Source of the DNA: a virus
IMG/VR virus record: IMGVR_UViG_3300042402_001861
Location: 32,001 to 96,000 of that record
DNA length: 64,000 nucleotides
Strand: one strand, 5' to 3'
Position 1 is the first letter of the stretch, and each line of letters starts with the position of its first letter. The position numbers and the translations under genes were made by a program. Positions 10,081 through 21,184 of the stretch are shown here, one piece after another. The notes below the pieces were generated by a model. The model saw only the letters and a list, made by a program, of their open reading frames with translations, searched no databases and was not told where the DNA came from.

Positions 10081-12432
10081 ATGGCCAATGTCTGCGACAA
10101 GTTTCGCCAGAATTTCAAGCAAACCTTCATAGAACAGGTTGCACATATGTTCAGCAACTTGTCGATGGACAAGTGGTTTCTTTCAATCGGCAAGCCTCTG
10201 CCGTGGGTTTCCGAATCCGGCACGGAAGATGGCTTCCCCCCTGCTGCATCCGATACAGAAGCAACCGAAGTTGATTTCTGGAGCAACATCATAGCACACA
10301 AGAGAATCACGGAAGAGGATGTTTCCATCGTGGTTCCTCGCTATGACTGGACCTTGGGAACCGTCTATGATCCCTTCAGAAACGATGTTGATCTGTTCAA
10401 TGTGGATGATCCTTCGATTTTCTATGTGCTGGTGGACGAGGAACGAGTCTACAAGTGCATCGACAACAACTACGGTGCGCCATCCACGATTGCGCCCACG
10501 CACACAGACACGGACATCAAGAAGTTGTCTGACGGATATCGATGGAAGTATATGTATTCCATCCCTGAAACCAAGAGAAAGTTCTTGACCAAGGGAGGAC
10601 TGCGGCAGGATGGCGTGATTCGACCGGGATACATGCCTGTGGAAAAGTTGGAAATGCTCGGCATGGAAGACGAGAGATACTTGCAGTTTGCCGTGCAGAA
10701 CGCTGCTGTCGATGGGGAAGTCGTGTTCATCTACTTCCTTCCTGAGTATCGCGACTATGTGATTTCGGATGGTTGCGTTTTCTCCTCTACTTCAAATCTA
10801 GTCACATCGGATGTCTTTGTAGGTGGCACGACCGCCCACATCTATTCGGGCGATCTTGTTCCCGTTTCAAACTTCTACAACGACATGGTTATCTCCATCG
10901 ATGGAGGCAACGGGCAGGGACAGAGGAGAGTAATATCTTCTTACACACCAAGCGGTGCTAACTCGGCGTTGATCAGCGTAACAAATCCATTCACGGTGAG
11001 TCTTTCTGGCTCGGTTTCTCAGTTTTCAATAGTCCCAAACATCTATCTTGAGGGAAGCCATGAATCCGGCTCAAGAGACAATACCCTCAATCCCTTGATG
11101 CAGTATGCGGATGTTTCCGTAAGATTCTCCACCACCACAACAGGACAATCAAGATATGTCGATTCGTTTGAAATGGTGGACACCGGACAGAAGTACAACA
11201 CGGCTACTTTCAAGGTAGTCAAGGGTCTTACATTCGCTTCAAACACTCCATCGGCTCTTGTTACTTCTTTCGAGAATATCGCTGAACCAATCATCTCGCC
11301 CCAAGGAGGACACGGTTCTAATCCTGTGGCTGAACTTGGCGGAAGAGCCTTGATGATAAACAAGAAGTACAGCGGCAGCGAAGGCGGAAAACTCACGACG
11401 CAGAACGAATTCCGTCAATTTGGAATCATCAAGAATCCCCTCCTATCGAATCCATACTATCGCATAAGCACCGTGCAGCAGGGAACTCCTGGTGCGTTCG
11501 TGGTCGGCGCAACGGCATATCAGGCCGCAACAGGTGGATACGAAGAGGCATCGGGCAAGGTAGTTTCGTGGTATGTCGGACTCACCGGATACACGGGAAC
11601 ATCCGAACTTGTGGTGACTAATGTTTCGGGAATGTTTGAGGCTGGTGCCTTTATCGGTTCTTCTACTGGTTCGGCTTCGATTTCCGTGTTTGATGTGATG
11701 GAAAGAACGATTGCCGGTACAGAAGGCAGGGATTTACTTGTACTTACCCTTGCACCTTCAACCGACACCCGTTTCTCTTCTATCGTTGATGAGTTCCCAA
11801 GAGGACTCAATGCTGTCGCCGTTGGCAACCAAGACGAGAATGTGATGTTCAGCGGTTCAAAGGGAATGATCTATCGTTGGCAGCCTTCCTCGGGAATGAA
11901 CAATAGCGGAAGGCTATTTCTGGAGCATTCACACGGCGATTTCATGGAAAACGAACTTGTAGGAGTCCGTGATCGTTACATGACCCTGTATTCGGGGCTG
12001 ACCGGCATCGGAAAGATCATCGAAAAGACGACTGTGGCGGAGGACTTTGCCGAAATCTACGACCAGACCCACAAGTTGGTCATGAACGCCGCCGCTGGCG
12101 ACACATTCTCAGATTCCTCCTTCGTGCTTGACAGCACGGTGGAAGGATTTGACGGGGCTACGGCTGTCTCCACCGGTTATGTCGTGAACTGGATACCTTC
12201 GGGAGCAACGGGAGAATTGTCCGTAATTTCCGTGGTCGGTGACTTCGTTGCCGGTGAAACCATCAAGTACACCAATGCGGAAGGAAACACGGCAAATGCC
12301 TTGGTAGATATCTTGGTTTCTGAAGTTGACCTTGTTTACAGGTCTGGCCAAGTCCAATACATACAGAATATGAGGCCCATTGTCCGTTCAGAAGAGCAGG
12401 AGGAAGAGATCAAACTCGTCATAGAGATTTGA
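10081..12432 (+). CDS. gp8: Baseplate wedge subunit gp8 (extended)
   Basis: 'PRYDWTLGTVYD', 'YVLVDEERVYKCIDNN...DGYRWKYMYSIP', C-terminal 'YIQNMRPIVRSEEQEEEIKLVIE'. Confidence 0.9.
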   Translation: MANVCDKFRQNFKQTFIEQVAHMFSNLSMDKWFLSIGKPLPWVSESGTEDGFPPAASDTEATEVDFWSNIIAHKRITEEDVSIVVPRYDWTLGTVYDPFRNDVDLFNVDDPSIFYVLVDEERVYKCIDNNYGAPSTIAPTHTDTDIKKLSDGYRWKYMYSIPETKRKFLTKGGLRQDGVIRPGYMPVEKLEMLGMEDERYLQFAVQNAAVDGEVVFIYFLPEYRDYVISDGCVFSSTSNLVTSDVFVGGTTAHIYSGDLVPVSNFYNDMVISIDGGNGQGQRRVISSYTPSGANSALISVTNPFTVSLSGSVSQFSIVPNIYLEGSHESGSRDNTLNPLMQYADVSVRFSTTTTGQSRYVDSFEMVDTGQKYNTATFKVVKGLTFASNTPSALVTSFENIAEPIISPQGGHGSNPVAELGGRALMINKKYSGSEGGKLTTQNEFRQFGIIKNPLLSNPYYRISTVQQGTPGAFVVGATAYQAATGGYEEASGKVVSWYVGLTGYTGTSELVVTNVSGMFEAGAFIGSSTGSASISVFDVMERTIAGTEGRDLLVLTLAPSTDTRFSSIVDEFPRGLNAVAVGNQDENVMFSGSKGMIYRWQPSSGMNNSGRLFLEHSHGDFMENELVGVRDRYMTLYSGLTGIGKIIEKTTVAEDFAEIYDQTHKLVMNAAAGDTFSDSSFVLDSTVEGFDGATAVSTGYVVNWIPSGATGELSVISVVGDFVAGETIKYTNAEGNTANALVDILVSEVDLVYRSGQVQYIQNMRPIVRSEEQEEEIKLVIEI

Positions 12433-12444
12433 TCGGAGGAAGCA

Positions 12445-15400
12445 ATGTCATACGATCCCGAACTATTTAACGCAGACCCATACTACGACGATTACAGCGA
12501 GTCGAAGAAGTTTCTTCGTGTCATGTTCAAGCCTGGGTATGCGCTTCAGGCAAGGGAAGTAACCCAACTACAGACAATCCTCCAAAATCAAATTGAACGG
12601 TTCGGCAACCACATTTTCGAGAACGGATCGGTCGTTCTTGACGGTCAAGTCACGGAAAACATCCTTAGATTCGGAAGAATCACGGGTCTAAGCGGCACCT
12701 CCACCGTTACCGACTTGGTTGGTGCCGTGGTGGGCAACACAGGCAGCGCACAGGCACGGATCGTCCATGCGGAATCTGGCTTGTCTTCGTCCACGGTGGA
12801 CGGCTACAATGTTGTATTCTTTGAGTATCTTGGCGGCGGGACCGGTTTTACCGCTGGAATGTTCGTTTCCGGCACGGCAGGAACCACTCCCGTGTCCTTC
12901 TCCCTGAGTGGCAATGCAACTGTCGGTGCAATAGGTGAAGCCACCGTGGTTTCTGTTGATTCGGGCGTTCGCTATGTCGATGGATACTTTGTTCTGCATG
13001 ATGCACAGATGATTGGTGCTTGCAGCACCACGGGTGCATCCGGTTCTCAGTATCGTGTCTACAGCAATCCGACCACACGCATAGGTTTTGTGTCCAACAA
13101 GTCGTTCGTCAATGCCAACGAAGACACTACACTCAACGATCCGGCCTTTGGTTACTACAACTATGCGGCACCGGGTGCCGACCGCTTCAAGATCGATCTT
13201 GAACTTGCACAGTACGCCTTCAATCCAACCGATGTAACCACGACTTCCAACTTTGCACGGGAAGACTTCATTGAATTCATCCGCATCGTGGATGGAGAGA
13301 CTGTCAAGAAGGAACTGTATCCTTCATATGCAGCCATAGAGGATACGCTTGCTCGTCGCACATACGACGAAAGCGGAAACTACACGGTAGACCCGTTTGA
13401 CCTCACCCTGACCTACCGTGGTGTCACGGGCGGAGCAACCGGAAATACCCTCACCGCAGAACTTGGTCCCGGCAAGGCTTACATCTTTGGCTACGAATTT
13501 GAAACTCAAGGCGTGACACCGATCACCCTTGCTCGCCCAAGAACCACGAAGAGTTACACCAATCAGACGATGATTGGCTCAATCGGGCCTTCCATCCTTG
13601 TTTCTCCCGGACTTACCACCGCTTCTTTGACGGGGTTCAATCTCACGAATCAGTCTCTGATGTATCTGTCGGACGGCGCATCGGGTGCGACCTTCAACAA
13701 CATCGGTACTGCCCGCATCCGAAGCCTCAAGTACGAATCGACCAATCTGTACCGAGCATATCTGTATGACATTTCCCTTACTGGTTCATACACGATGGCA
13801 AACGCAACCCGCTTGTTTGTTGCGGAAAACGCAAGACAGGGAGGAGCAACATCGCAGCCTGCTTTCAACATCCAATGGCAAGGAGCAACAGGAACTCTCT
13901 CCAATGTCGTGGATACGGGAATGCTGTTCCTTGTTCCCAAGGGCGACCGAGTTGAGGGAATCGATGGTGTTAACTATGCAACTTCAAACTTTGTTGCATT
14001 GAACCTGAATGGATCGGGGTTTGGCTCTTATACCACCCCTAGCGCAAACATCGACTTGCCCAGCGTTGGCAGTCAAATCGTAAATCCTACGGCTGAGTTC
14101 TTCGTTCTTTCTGTTTCGGGTGCTGCTGTCGGATTTACGGGACAGATCGAGAATGCAAACAAGTTCTCGCTCACGGCATCCTCCGCTGCCAACCAAAAGG
14201 TATATGTCTTCTTCACTACAGACATTGATTCTGCTTCCGTTCGCAGAAACAAGACACGGGTTACCGAGACTTTTGGGTTGACATCGGCTTCATTGCAGAC
14301 AGATCCAAAGACAGGAAAGAGATTCTTCTACTTCGTGGGCACGACCGGCCCATACAACGATGTGGTTTCGGTGATTTCCATCACGGGATCGTTGAGTGGA
14401 TCGTCGCAGCAGATTTCCAATCTTCTTACGCTCGACAATGGGCAGCGTGATGATTACTACGATTGGGCAAGATTGCTTGTTTCTGACAACACGACAGTCA
14501 GCAGCACGGCGGGACCAAACACTATCACCGGACCCTATCAGGTCACGGTCACTCGCTACACGCACAGCGGCGACCTTGGGCCATTCACGGTGGATTCCTA
14601 CAGCGGCGAATACAAGGATATTCCCTCGTACACAAGTCCGACAACCGGTAGAACATATCGCTTGTCGGATGTCCTTGACTTCCGCCCGACAAAGACAACC
14701 GATGGTTCGCTCACGGGACAGTACCTTGTTCCTTCCGAGACAGCCGCAAACGACAGGAAGATCGACTATACGCACTATCTGCCAAGAACTGACAAGATTG
14801 TCCTGAACCGCGACCGTTCCTTCAAGGTTCTCACGGGCATTCCCGCAATAGATCCCGTTGCTCCTGCCGATGATGCGGATGCAATGACGCTTTATTCCAT
14901 CACGATGAATGGCTACACCGTTGACAACACCGATGTGCAGATCAAGCGAGTGGAAAACAAGCGGTACACCATGCAGGACATCGCTGAACTTGAGAACCGC
15001 ATCGACAATGTTGAATATTACACCAACCTCAGCCTGATAGAGCAGCAAGCCAAGAGTTCTCCGTTCCTTGATTCTGATGGCATTGAGATGCCCAAGAAGG
15101 GAATTCTTGCCGATGGATTCCGTGGACACTCCATCGGTGATGTACTTGACCCGATGTATGCTGCATCGGTGGATTTTGAGAACGGTGAGATGCGTCCTGC
15201 CTTCAGAAACCGTGTTTTCCGCATGAACTCATCGTCCAATGCAGTCAATGTCACGGGTTCTGCCGATGGAATCTTCACACTCGACTACACCACGACACCG
15301 CTCATCAATCAGCCTTTGGCAACGACAAGCATCGTAGTCAACCCATCGGGCGTATTCAACTACCTAGGCTTCGTCCGTTCCACGCCTTCAAGCGACTTCT

Positions 15401-17346
15401 GGATGGATGACATTAACTCTCCTGTTGTCCGCATCAACACCGAAGGAGAGAATGATTCGTGGGCATACGGAATTGCATCTGGCACGGGCCCGGGAGAGGC
15501 GAAGGGCTTTGGAAGCCAATGGAACGATTGGGAATCCAACTGGTCGGGAATCGAAAGAAATGATTATGTCGCTCCTGACATAACCGTTGCCAATCGCAGC
15601 ATCTTCGTGACTTCCTCGGGAAGCAGGCTCTCTGCTCCTGCTTCAAGAAGTTCTATCCTTCCCGACTCAATCGTGGATACGGTTGGCAGCCTACAAGTTC
15701 GCAAGGACATTCAGCCATACGCAAGAAGCATTGCCGTCACCTTGAATGCCAAGAATCTCCGTCCCAACACATACATGAACTTGTTCATGGATGGAGTTTC
15801 CCTAAGCACGGGAGCAACTTCGGATGCCTCGGGTTCGCTGTCCCTGACATTCACTATTCCTGCTGCAAGTTACGCAACGGGCAAGCGGCAGATTCGCCTT
15901 ACCGACAGCGCAACAAACACCCTGTCCGAGACAACGACTGCCGCAGACTACATCCTGCCAATCGAAGGGACATGGGGAACATTCAAGGATGGCGTAGTTT
16001 CAACAAGAAGCGTACAGACTCGTCGCGAAACCGTTCGTTCTGAAAGAATCGTCACGAATGTATTCGGCAAGAACCTACAGCGTTCGGAATCAACCAAGTT
16101 GCTTGGCTATACCGATCCCCTGTCGCAGAGTTTCTATGTCGATCCGACCATCTACCCTTCGGGAATCTTCCTGAAGAAGGTAACCCTGTACTTCAAGTCC
16201 AAGGATTCCAACAACAATTCACCGATCACGCTTACCTTGCGTCCGGTCATCAACGGGTATCCTCATCCTTCGAAGTTCGTGCCGCTGTCGGATGTCACGA
16301 TCCTCTCGTCGGCAATCACGACTTCCACGATTGCTGCCACGGGAACGGATTTTGAATTCACAAGCCCGATCTATCTGCCGCCGGGAGAACACGCCTTCTC
16401 GCTGACAACTCCAAGCAACAACTTTGAAATCTATAGTTCGGAGATCGGGCAGTCGGTGATCAAGCAGACCACCACGGAAGCCACAAGACGGGCAACCAAG
16501 CAGCCCTATGCAAGGAGCCTGTTCAAGAACCAGACTTCCACGGGATTGCAGAAGAGCGAGGTTCAGGATGTCAAGTTCCTGCTGCACCTTTGCAGTTTCA
16601 AGAACACGCAGCCGACGAGAACCGTCACCATACAGAATGCTGCCTCCACATATTACGGTGCATCATTCGACATCGATGTGATTCGCTACAACTTCCCCGT
16701 GGTGACTCCCGCAGGGACAAGCATGATTGTTAAGGAAACGGGAATCGTCGCAGATTCGCAGTCAACTATCAATCTCAATCAGAACATCATCTCGGTCAAG
16801 TCCACCCCGCCGAATGTTTCGGGAAGTTCGCAGTTCACGCAGTTGGACATCACCTTGGATTCCGATGATGAATTCGTGTCTCCTGTGTTTGACATCGACC
16901 GTGCAAGCGCATACTTTGTTGAAAACAAGATCAACAATGTTGTTCTCAACACCGCCGGGGAAACAGGTGCCACCAACCTTTCTGTGGCTGCGGCAAACAG
17001 GACGGCTTCTCGCTTCATCACCAAGCGGGTCGTACTTGAACCCGGCATGGAGGCAACCAACCTTCGTGTGGAGATGCTTGGTTCCTATCCCGCAGAGACA
17101 AATTTCAAGGTCTATGCAAGGATGTCTCCCGAGAACGGAACAGGATTGCCTTTCGATCTCCGTGAATATGTGGAAATGACAGCATCCTCTTCCTATGCCA
17201 ACACAGCCGTGGATTCGTTCCAGGAAATGGCTTACACCTTGACGAATCAGACTCCGTTCCGTGTGTTTGCCGTCAAGATCGTCATGACTTCATCGGACGG
17301 CAGAATCGTCCCAAGATTCAAGAATTTGAGAATCACCGCAGCATGA
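12445..17346 (+). CDS. Large virion structural protein, VrlC/DUF4815-like
   Basis: 'PYYDDY...FKPGYALQAREVTQLQTILQNQIERFGNH', 'APGADRFKIDL', 'LARRTYDESGNYTV', 'DPLSQSFYV'. Confidence 0.85.
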   Translation: MSYDPELFNADPYYDDYSESKKFLRVMFKPGYALQAREVTQLQTILQNQIERFGNHIFENGSVVLDGQVTENILRFGRITGLSGTSTVTDLVGAVVGNTGSAQARIVHAESGLSSSTVDGYNVVFFEYLGGGTGFTAGMFVSGTAGTTPVSFSLSGNATVGAIGEATVVSVDSGVRYVDGYFVLHDAQMIGACSTTGASGSQYRVYSNPTTRIGFVSNKSFVNANEDTTLNDPAFGYYNYAAPGADRFKIDLELAQYAFNPTDVTTTSNFAREDFIEFIRIVDGETVKKELYPSYAAIEDTLARRTYDESGNYTVDPFDLTLTYRGVTGGATGNTLTAELGPGKAYIFGYEFETQGVTPITLARPRTTKSYTNQTMIGSIGPSILVSPGLTTASLTGFNLTNQSLMYLSDGASGATFNNIGTARIRSLKYESTNLYRAYLYDISLTGSYTMANATRLFVAENARQGGATSQPAFNIQWQGATGTLSNVVDTGMLFLVPKGDRVEGIDGVNYATSNFVALNLNGSGFGSYTTPSANIDLPSVGSQIVNPTAEFFVLSVSGAAVGFTGQIENANKFSLTASSAANQKVYVFFTTDIDSASVRRNKTRVTETFGLTSASLQTDPKTGKRFFYFVGTTGPYNDVVSVISITGSLSGSSQQISNLLTLDNGQRDDYYDWARLLVSDNTTVSSTAGPNTITGPYQVTVTRYTHSGDLGPFTVDSYSGEYKDIPSYTSPTTGRTYRLSDVLDFRPTKTTDGSLTGQYLVPSETAANDRKIDYTHYLPRTDKIVLNRDRSFKVLTGIPAIDPVAPADDADAMTLYSITMNGYTVDNTDVQIKRVENKRYTMQDIAELENRIDNVEYYTNLSLIEQQAKSSPFLDSDGIEMPKKGILADGFRGHSIGDVLDPMYAASVDFENGEMRPAFRNRVFRMNSSSNAVNVTGSADGIFTLDYTTTPLINQPLATTSIVVNPSGVFNYLGFVRSTPSSDFWMDDINSPVVRINTEGENDSWAYGIASGTGPGEAKGFGSQWNDWESNWSGIERNDYVAPDITVANRSIFVTSSGSRLSAPASRSSILPDSIVDTVGSLQVRKDIQPYARSIAVTLNAKNLRPNTYMNLFMDGVSLSTGATSDASGSLSLTFTIPAASYATGKRQIRLTDSATNTLSETTTAADYILPIEGTWGTFKDGVVSTRSVQTRRETVRSERIVTNVFGKNLQRSESTKLLGYTDPLSQSFYVDPTIYPSGIFLKKVTLYFKSKDSNNNSPITLTLRPVINGYPHPSKFVPLSDVTILSSAITTSTIAATGTDFEFTSPIYLPPGEHAFSLTTPSNNFEIYSSEIGQSVIKQTTTEATRRATKQPYARSLFKNQTSTGLQKSEVQDVKFLLHLCSFKNTQPTRTVTIQNAASTYYGASFDIDVIRYNFPVVTPAGTSMIVKETGIVADSQSTINLNQNIISVKSTPPNVSGSSQFTQLDITLDSDDEFVSPVFDIDRASAYFVENKINNVVLNTAGETGATNLSVAAANRTASRFITKRVVLEPGMEATNLRVEMLGSYPAETNFKVYARMSPENGTGLPFDLREYVEMTASSSYANTAVDSFQEMAYTLTNQTPFRVFAVKIVMTSSDGRIVPRFKNLRITAA

Positions 17347-17543
17347 GGCAACTTCGCGTAAAGGGTGAAACCGGCTTGGTACGGGATGTTCAGTCCCGTG
17401 CCTTGCTGTTTACGGATCCAAAGGCGGTAGATGCCTATCGGAAGAAGAAAGCACAGAACGAAGAAATAAATACGCTGAAGAAAGAGGTCGCGGAATTGAA
17501 GAACCTTGTCCAACGCCTCATTGAACGGCAGGAGAACCCATAA
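17343..17543 (+). CDS. Small coiled-coil protein
   Basis: 66 aa, coupled to both neighbours; 'GLVRDVQSRALLFTD...INTLKKEVAELKNL'. Confidence 0.75.
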   Translation: MRQLRVKGETGLVRDVQSRALLFTDPKAVDAYRKKKAQNEEINTLKKEVAELKNLVQRLIERQENP

Positions 17544-20521
17544 TGTCGCTTACCGGCAACATCGTAAATGTAGAAAAGATACAACTGACCGACACTTTTC
17601 AGACTTGGTTTGAGAAGACCAACGAACTGATCGATGCGGTCAACCCCATAAACATCTACGATCTTGATGCCGGAAACGGCACAAATGTCACTTATGGCTT
17701 GTCGGGAACCGAATACAACGGCGTAAAGTCCGTAAATGTCGAAGCCGGATTTGGCGTTGCCGTTGGGGCAGGAATCACGCAGGCATGGAGTGGATTGGTA
17801 TCTCTTGATCTTTCAAGTATCAGCGGCAATTCCTTCACCCTGACAGGAAACGAAGCCTTTACCTTGACAGGTGCTGCTCCAAGAGCATCCGAAGTCAATA
17901 TCGATGACTATTACACGATTCTTGATGCTTCGGATACCACACAGAGCGCACAGGGAACGACAAAGCGGGTAAAGGCAAAGCATATGCTTCCCCGCGATGT
18001 CTACATCCCAACGATGAATTTCTGGGGCGACTTGATCGTAAAGGGAAACTTCAATGCCGTAGGTGCTGCAAGCACATCGGTAGGAAACCTTTCGGTTAAC
18101 TCTCAGTATCTTTACCTTGCAACCACAGGTGCCATCACAGGTGGCGCATATGCAAGCGATGTTGCATTGAACCAAGCCGGAATCATAGTGGCAATGACAG
18201 GGGGTGCCCCAATCAAGAGCATTCTTTGGAACCACAATAGCGGAAACCCATACTGGGCCTTTGGCAGCACATACGGGGCAAATGATCCAGACTATTCTTT
18301 GGTAAATTCCAAGTTCATTGCCAGAAACTTTGTAAGTGGCGACACAAACAACAACAACACATTTGTCTTTGAAGCCGCAGGATCGACTTCCACGAGAATC
18401 TGGCTGACCGAACTTTCATCGAATCCATACTTCGGCATCGTCAAGACATCGGCTTCGAGCAATGTGAATTTCAATGTCTACAATGGTGCAGGCGTGACAT
18501 CGATTGCACACTTCATTGCTGGTGCAACATCTGTGTATCCAGGCGTTACCGCAAATGTGTTCGTGCAGAACGCAAATGTGGACATGCTTGATGGCGCACA
18601 TGCAGTCACGGGCGCAAGCGCATGGACGATTCCTGTTGGTGATGCTTTGGGTCAGATGCACCCTGATCGCCACAATGCAGGACAGATTCGCCGTAGATTC
18701 ACGCAAGTCGGTCACGGGCTGACAACGGGCGAGGCAGTCACGATTGTACCGACAGGATATGTGACCGCAGGCTCTCTCACTAGCGCAAATGCAGGAAGTG
18801 CCCTATTTGAGGCTATCGGCATCGTTGATCGGGTAATCAGCGCCAATGAAGTCTCGGTGACCATGAAGGGGTACATCGAACTTTCGGCCAATCGCCTGAA
18901 AGGAATCGGTTCTCCTGCAACGGGCCAATATTACATTCTTGATTGGGTGCAGCCGGGTGGATTGACCACAAACATGGCTGTTCCCACAAGCAAAGTATAT
19001 CAGCCCGTCTTCCTTGCTTTGACTCCCACTACAGGAATCGTCTATGGCAACGAAGGCGATACTGTCTTTGCGACTACTACGGATCAAGTTTACCTTAAGA
19101 GCCTTGTTCCAATCGGATCTGTACAGTCGTATGCAGGAAATGTTGCAGGACTGACGATGGGTCTGTCGGGTGGATCACTCTCGGTCAGCGATGTTTCTTA
19201 CAACGAGAACTGGCTCCCCTGCGATGGTCGGGCTATTTCCGCAACCGGAGCCTCGGGGTTTGTTGACCTGTTCCAACTGCTTGGCTACACCTACTCTGTC
19301 CGTGGAACGATGGTCAGTTCCAACGGAGAAGCAAGATTCAGAATTCGTACCGACCGCGATACTCGCAACCTTTCGACCCTATCGCTTGGTTCGGGAACTA
19401 CAAGGATCATACAGCGTTCGGGTGCAAGCGCCGGAACTCAATTGAACTTTGCATATTCTTCCTTTACGGCGGATTCAAGTACGGTCACCATCGTTGGCAC
19501 GGGTCTTACCACCGAAAGCGCACAGATTGCAAGCGGAACCCTTGTGGACATCGTTACGCCCAAGGTTGACAACATATTCTTCGTTCCCGACCTTCGTGGA
19601 CGAACTCCATTCGGTGAACTGTCTGCTCTTGGTGTTGCAAGAGGAGAGAATTTCAACCTTGGTCTTACGGGTGCCACCGGAGCAAGTGCTTCTGGTCAAG
19701 GTGGCCTGTTCACAAACTACATCATCCGTGCAAGACGGGAATCGGATGCCCTGATCCTCACAGGCCACAACCACGATTCGCGATATCTTCGCAAGGATGT
19801 CAGCGATTCTGTAACCCCCGGCATCAGCACCATTCTTGCAAACACCATCGTCAGCGGTTCTCTGAATGCTGCCTCTGGTCTAGTGGTGACAGGTGGAGCA
19901 AGAATCGCCGGAGGCATCACCTCAAGCAACAACATAAACATCCTTGGTGCCAATGGATTGTTGTTCAACGATTCCGACAACAGCAACTGGCTGCAACTCA
20001 AGGCTCCTTCCGTCGTTGCAGGAAATGTGACTTGGACATTGCCAAGCACCGATGGCACGGCAGGATTTGTGTTGCAGACAAACGCATCAGGAACCTTGTC
20101 TTGGAAGGAAACACTTGCAGGCTCGGACATGCAAGTTCAATACAACCAGAATGGGGTCATTGGCGCAACTGGTAATCTTCTGTTCCACTACAACGGAGCA
20201 GGCGGATACAGCGCAGGAACATTGGGTGTAAGCGGCGGTGCCTATGTCCTTGGCAACATGGGAATCGGGATAACGGGCCAGAACATAGGCGGCAGGATCC
20301 TGCAAGGCTCGGGAGCAAACACCGCAAGAGGCAAACTTGAGGTTGTCGGTGACATTCGAATTCCTTCGGGCGGATTCTTCGTCAACTCAAACATCACGAT
20401 TCCTTCCGGCCTGACTGCCACGATTGCCAATGGCGAAAATGCCTTGATGGCAGGCACATTGACGGTCGAATCGGGTGCAACCCTGCTCGTTCAGACCGGC
20501 GGGACAATCATAGTTCTGTGA
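17543..20521 (+). CDS. Tail fibre protein with tail-collar domain
   Basis: N-terminal 'LTDTFQTWFEKTNELI'; collar motifs 'VPIGSVQSYAG', 'WLPCDGRAIS', 'FFVPDLRGRTPFG'. Confidence 0.8.
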   Translation: MSLTGNIVNVEKIQLTDTFQTWFEKTNELIDAVNPINIYDLDAGNGTNVTYGLSGTEYNGVKSVNVEAGFGVAVGAGITQAWSGLVSLDLSSISGNSFTLTGNEAFTLTGAAPRASEVNIDDYYTILDASDTTQSAQGTTKRVKAKHMLPRDVYIPTMNFWGDLIVKGNFNAVGAASTSVGNLSVNSQYLYLATTGAITGGAYASDVALNQAGIIVAMTGGAPIKSILWNHNSGNPYWAFGSTYGANDPDYSLVNSKFIARNFVSGDTNNNNTFVFEAAGSTSTRIWLTELSSNPYFGIVKTSASSNVNFNVYNGAGVTSIAHFIAGATSVYPGVTANVFVQNANVDMLDGAHAVTGASAWTIPVGDALGQMHPDRHNAGQIRRRFTQVGHGLTTGEAVTIVPTGYVTAGSLTSANAGSALFEAIGIVDRVISANEVSVTMKGYIELSANRLKGIGSPATGQYYILDWVQPGGLTTNMAVPTSKVYQPVFLALTPTTGIVYGNEGDTVFATTTDQVYLKSLVPIGSVQSYAGNVAGLTMGLSGGSLSVSDVSYNENWLPCDGRAISATGASGFVDLFQLLGYTYSVRGTMVSSNGEARFRIRTDRDTRNLSTLSLGSGTTRIIQRSGASAGTQLNFAYSSFTADSSTVTIVGTGLTTESAQIASGTLVDIVTPKVDNIFFVPDLRGRTPFGELSALGVARGENFNLGLTGATGASASGQGGLFTNYIIRARRESDALILTGHNHDSRYLRKDVSDSVTPGISTILANTIVSGSLNAASGLVVTGGARIAGGITSSNNINILGANGLLFNDSDNSNWLQLKAPSVVAGNVTWTLPSTDGTAGFVLQTNASGTLSWKETLAGSDMQVQYNQNGVIGATGNLLFHYNGAGGYSAGTLGVSGGAYVLGNMGIGITGQNIGGRILQGSGANTARGKLEVVGDIRIPSGGFFVNSNITIPSGLTATIANGENALMAGTLTVESGATLLVQTGGTIIVL

Positions 20522-20522
20522 A

Positions 20523-20529
20523 ATAAATA
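20523..20529 (+). promoter_or_regulatory. T4-type late promoter box
   Basis: ATAAATA immediately before GAGG and ATG 20539. Confidence 0.65.
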
Positions 20530-20538
20530 GAGGATGCC

Positions 20539-21138
20539 ATGGGAAACATAAAAGCCGATTCAATTCTGCCGACAAACAATGGAAACAATCTGATCCTGCG
20601 GACAGGGGTTGGTGATGTGGAGCGAGTGCGAATCAGTCCTTCTGGTGACATTACGGTGAATGGAAGTTTCTCGACAAGCGTTACAGGCAACATCAATGTT
20701 GTTGGCAATGTCGAAGTAACTGGAAACATGAATTTCGTTGGGGGAGCAACCTTTAGTGGCAAAATCACTACTGCAAGCACCACCGATTCTGATTCATCTG
20801 TGACATTAACAACCAAAGGGTATCTTAACGGATTTGCGCCAAAAGTATTCTGCACAATAAACGCATCAGGAACAGTTGTTACTCAAAAAACAATAACTGG
20901 GGAAACTATAACTTGTTCTAAAGGTGGAGCAGGAGTTTTTAACATAACAGTTCCTTCTGGAATATTTGCAGATGCAAACTACACAGTTCTTACTACTATT
21001 TCGTCTGATGGCAGAACAGGTTTGTTTTGTCCTGTTGTTACTGCCAGAACAGCAACTACCTTGACTGTAAGATGTATAACATCAAGTGCTGGGGTAGAAG
21101 ACCCTACATTAATAAATGTTGCAATCTTTGACATATAA
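20539..21138 (+). CDS. Small fibre/adhesin-like protein (cassette 1)
   Basis: Beta-rich N-terminus 'ERVRISPSGDITVNG', block 'FSGKITTASTTDSDSSVTLTTKGY', variable C-terminal domain. Confidence 0.7.
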   Translation: MGNIKADSILPTNNGNNLILRTGVGDVERVRISPSGDITVNGSFSTSVTGNINVVGNVEVTGNMNFVGGATFSGKITTASTTDSDSSVTLTTKGYLNGFAPKVFCTINASGTVVTQKTITGETITCSKGGAGVFNITVPSGIFADANYTVLTTISSDGRTGLFCPVVTARTATTLTVRCITSSAGVEDPTLINVAIFDI

Positions 21139-21184
21139 TAGAGGTAACCTACTTGTGTATACAAATGAGTAAAAGAACTTCCCT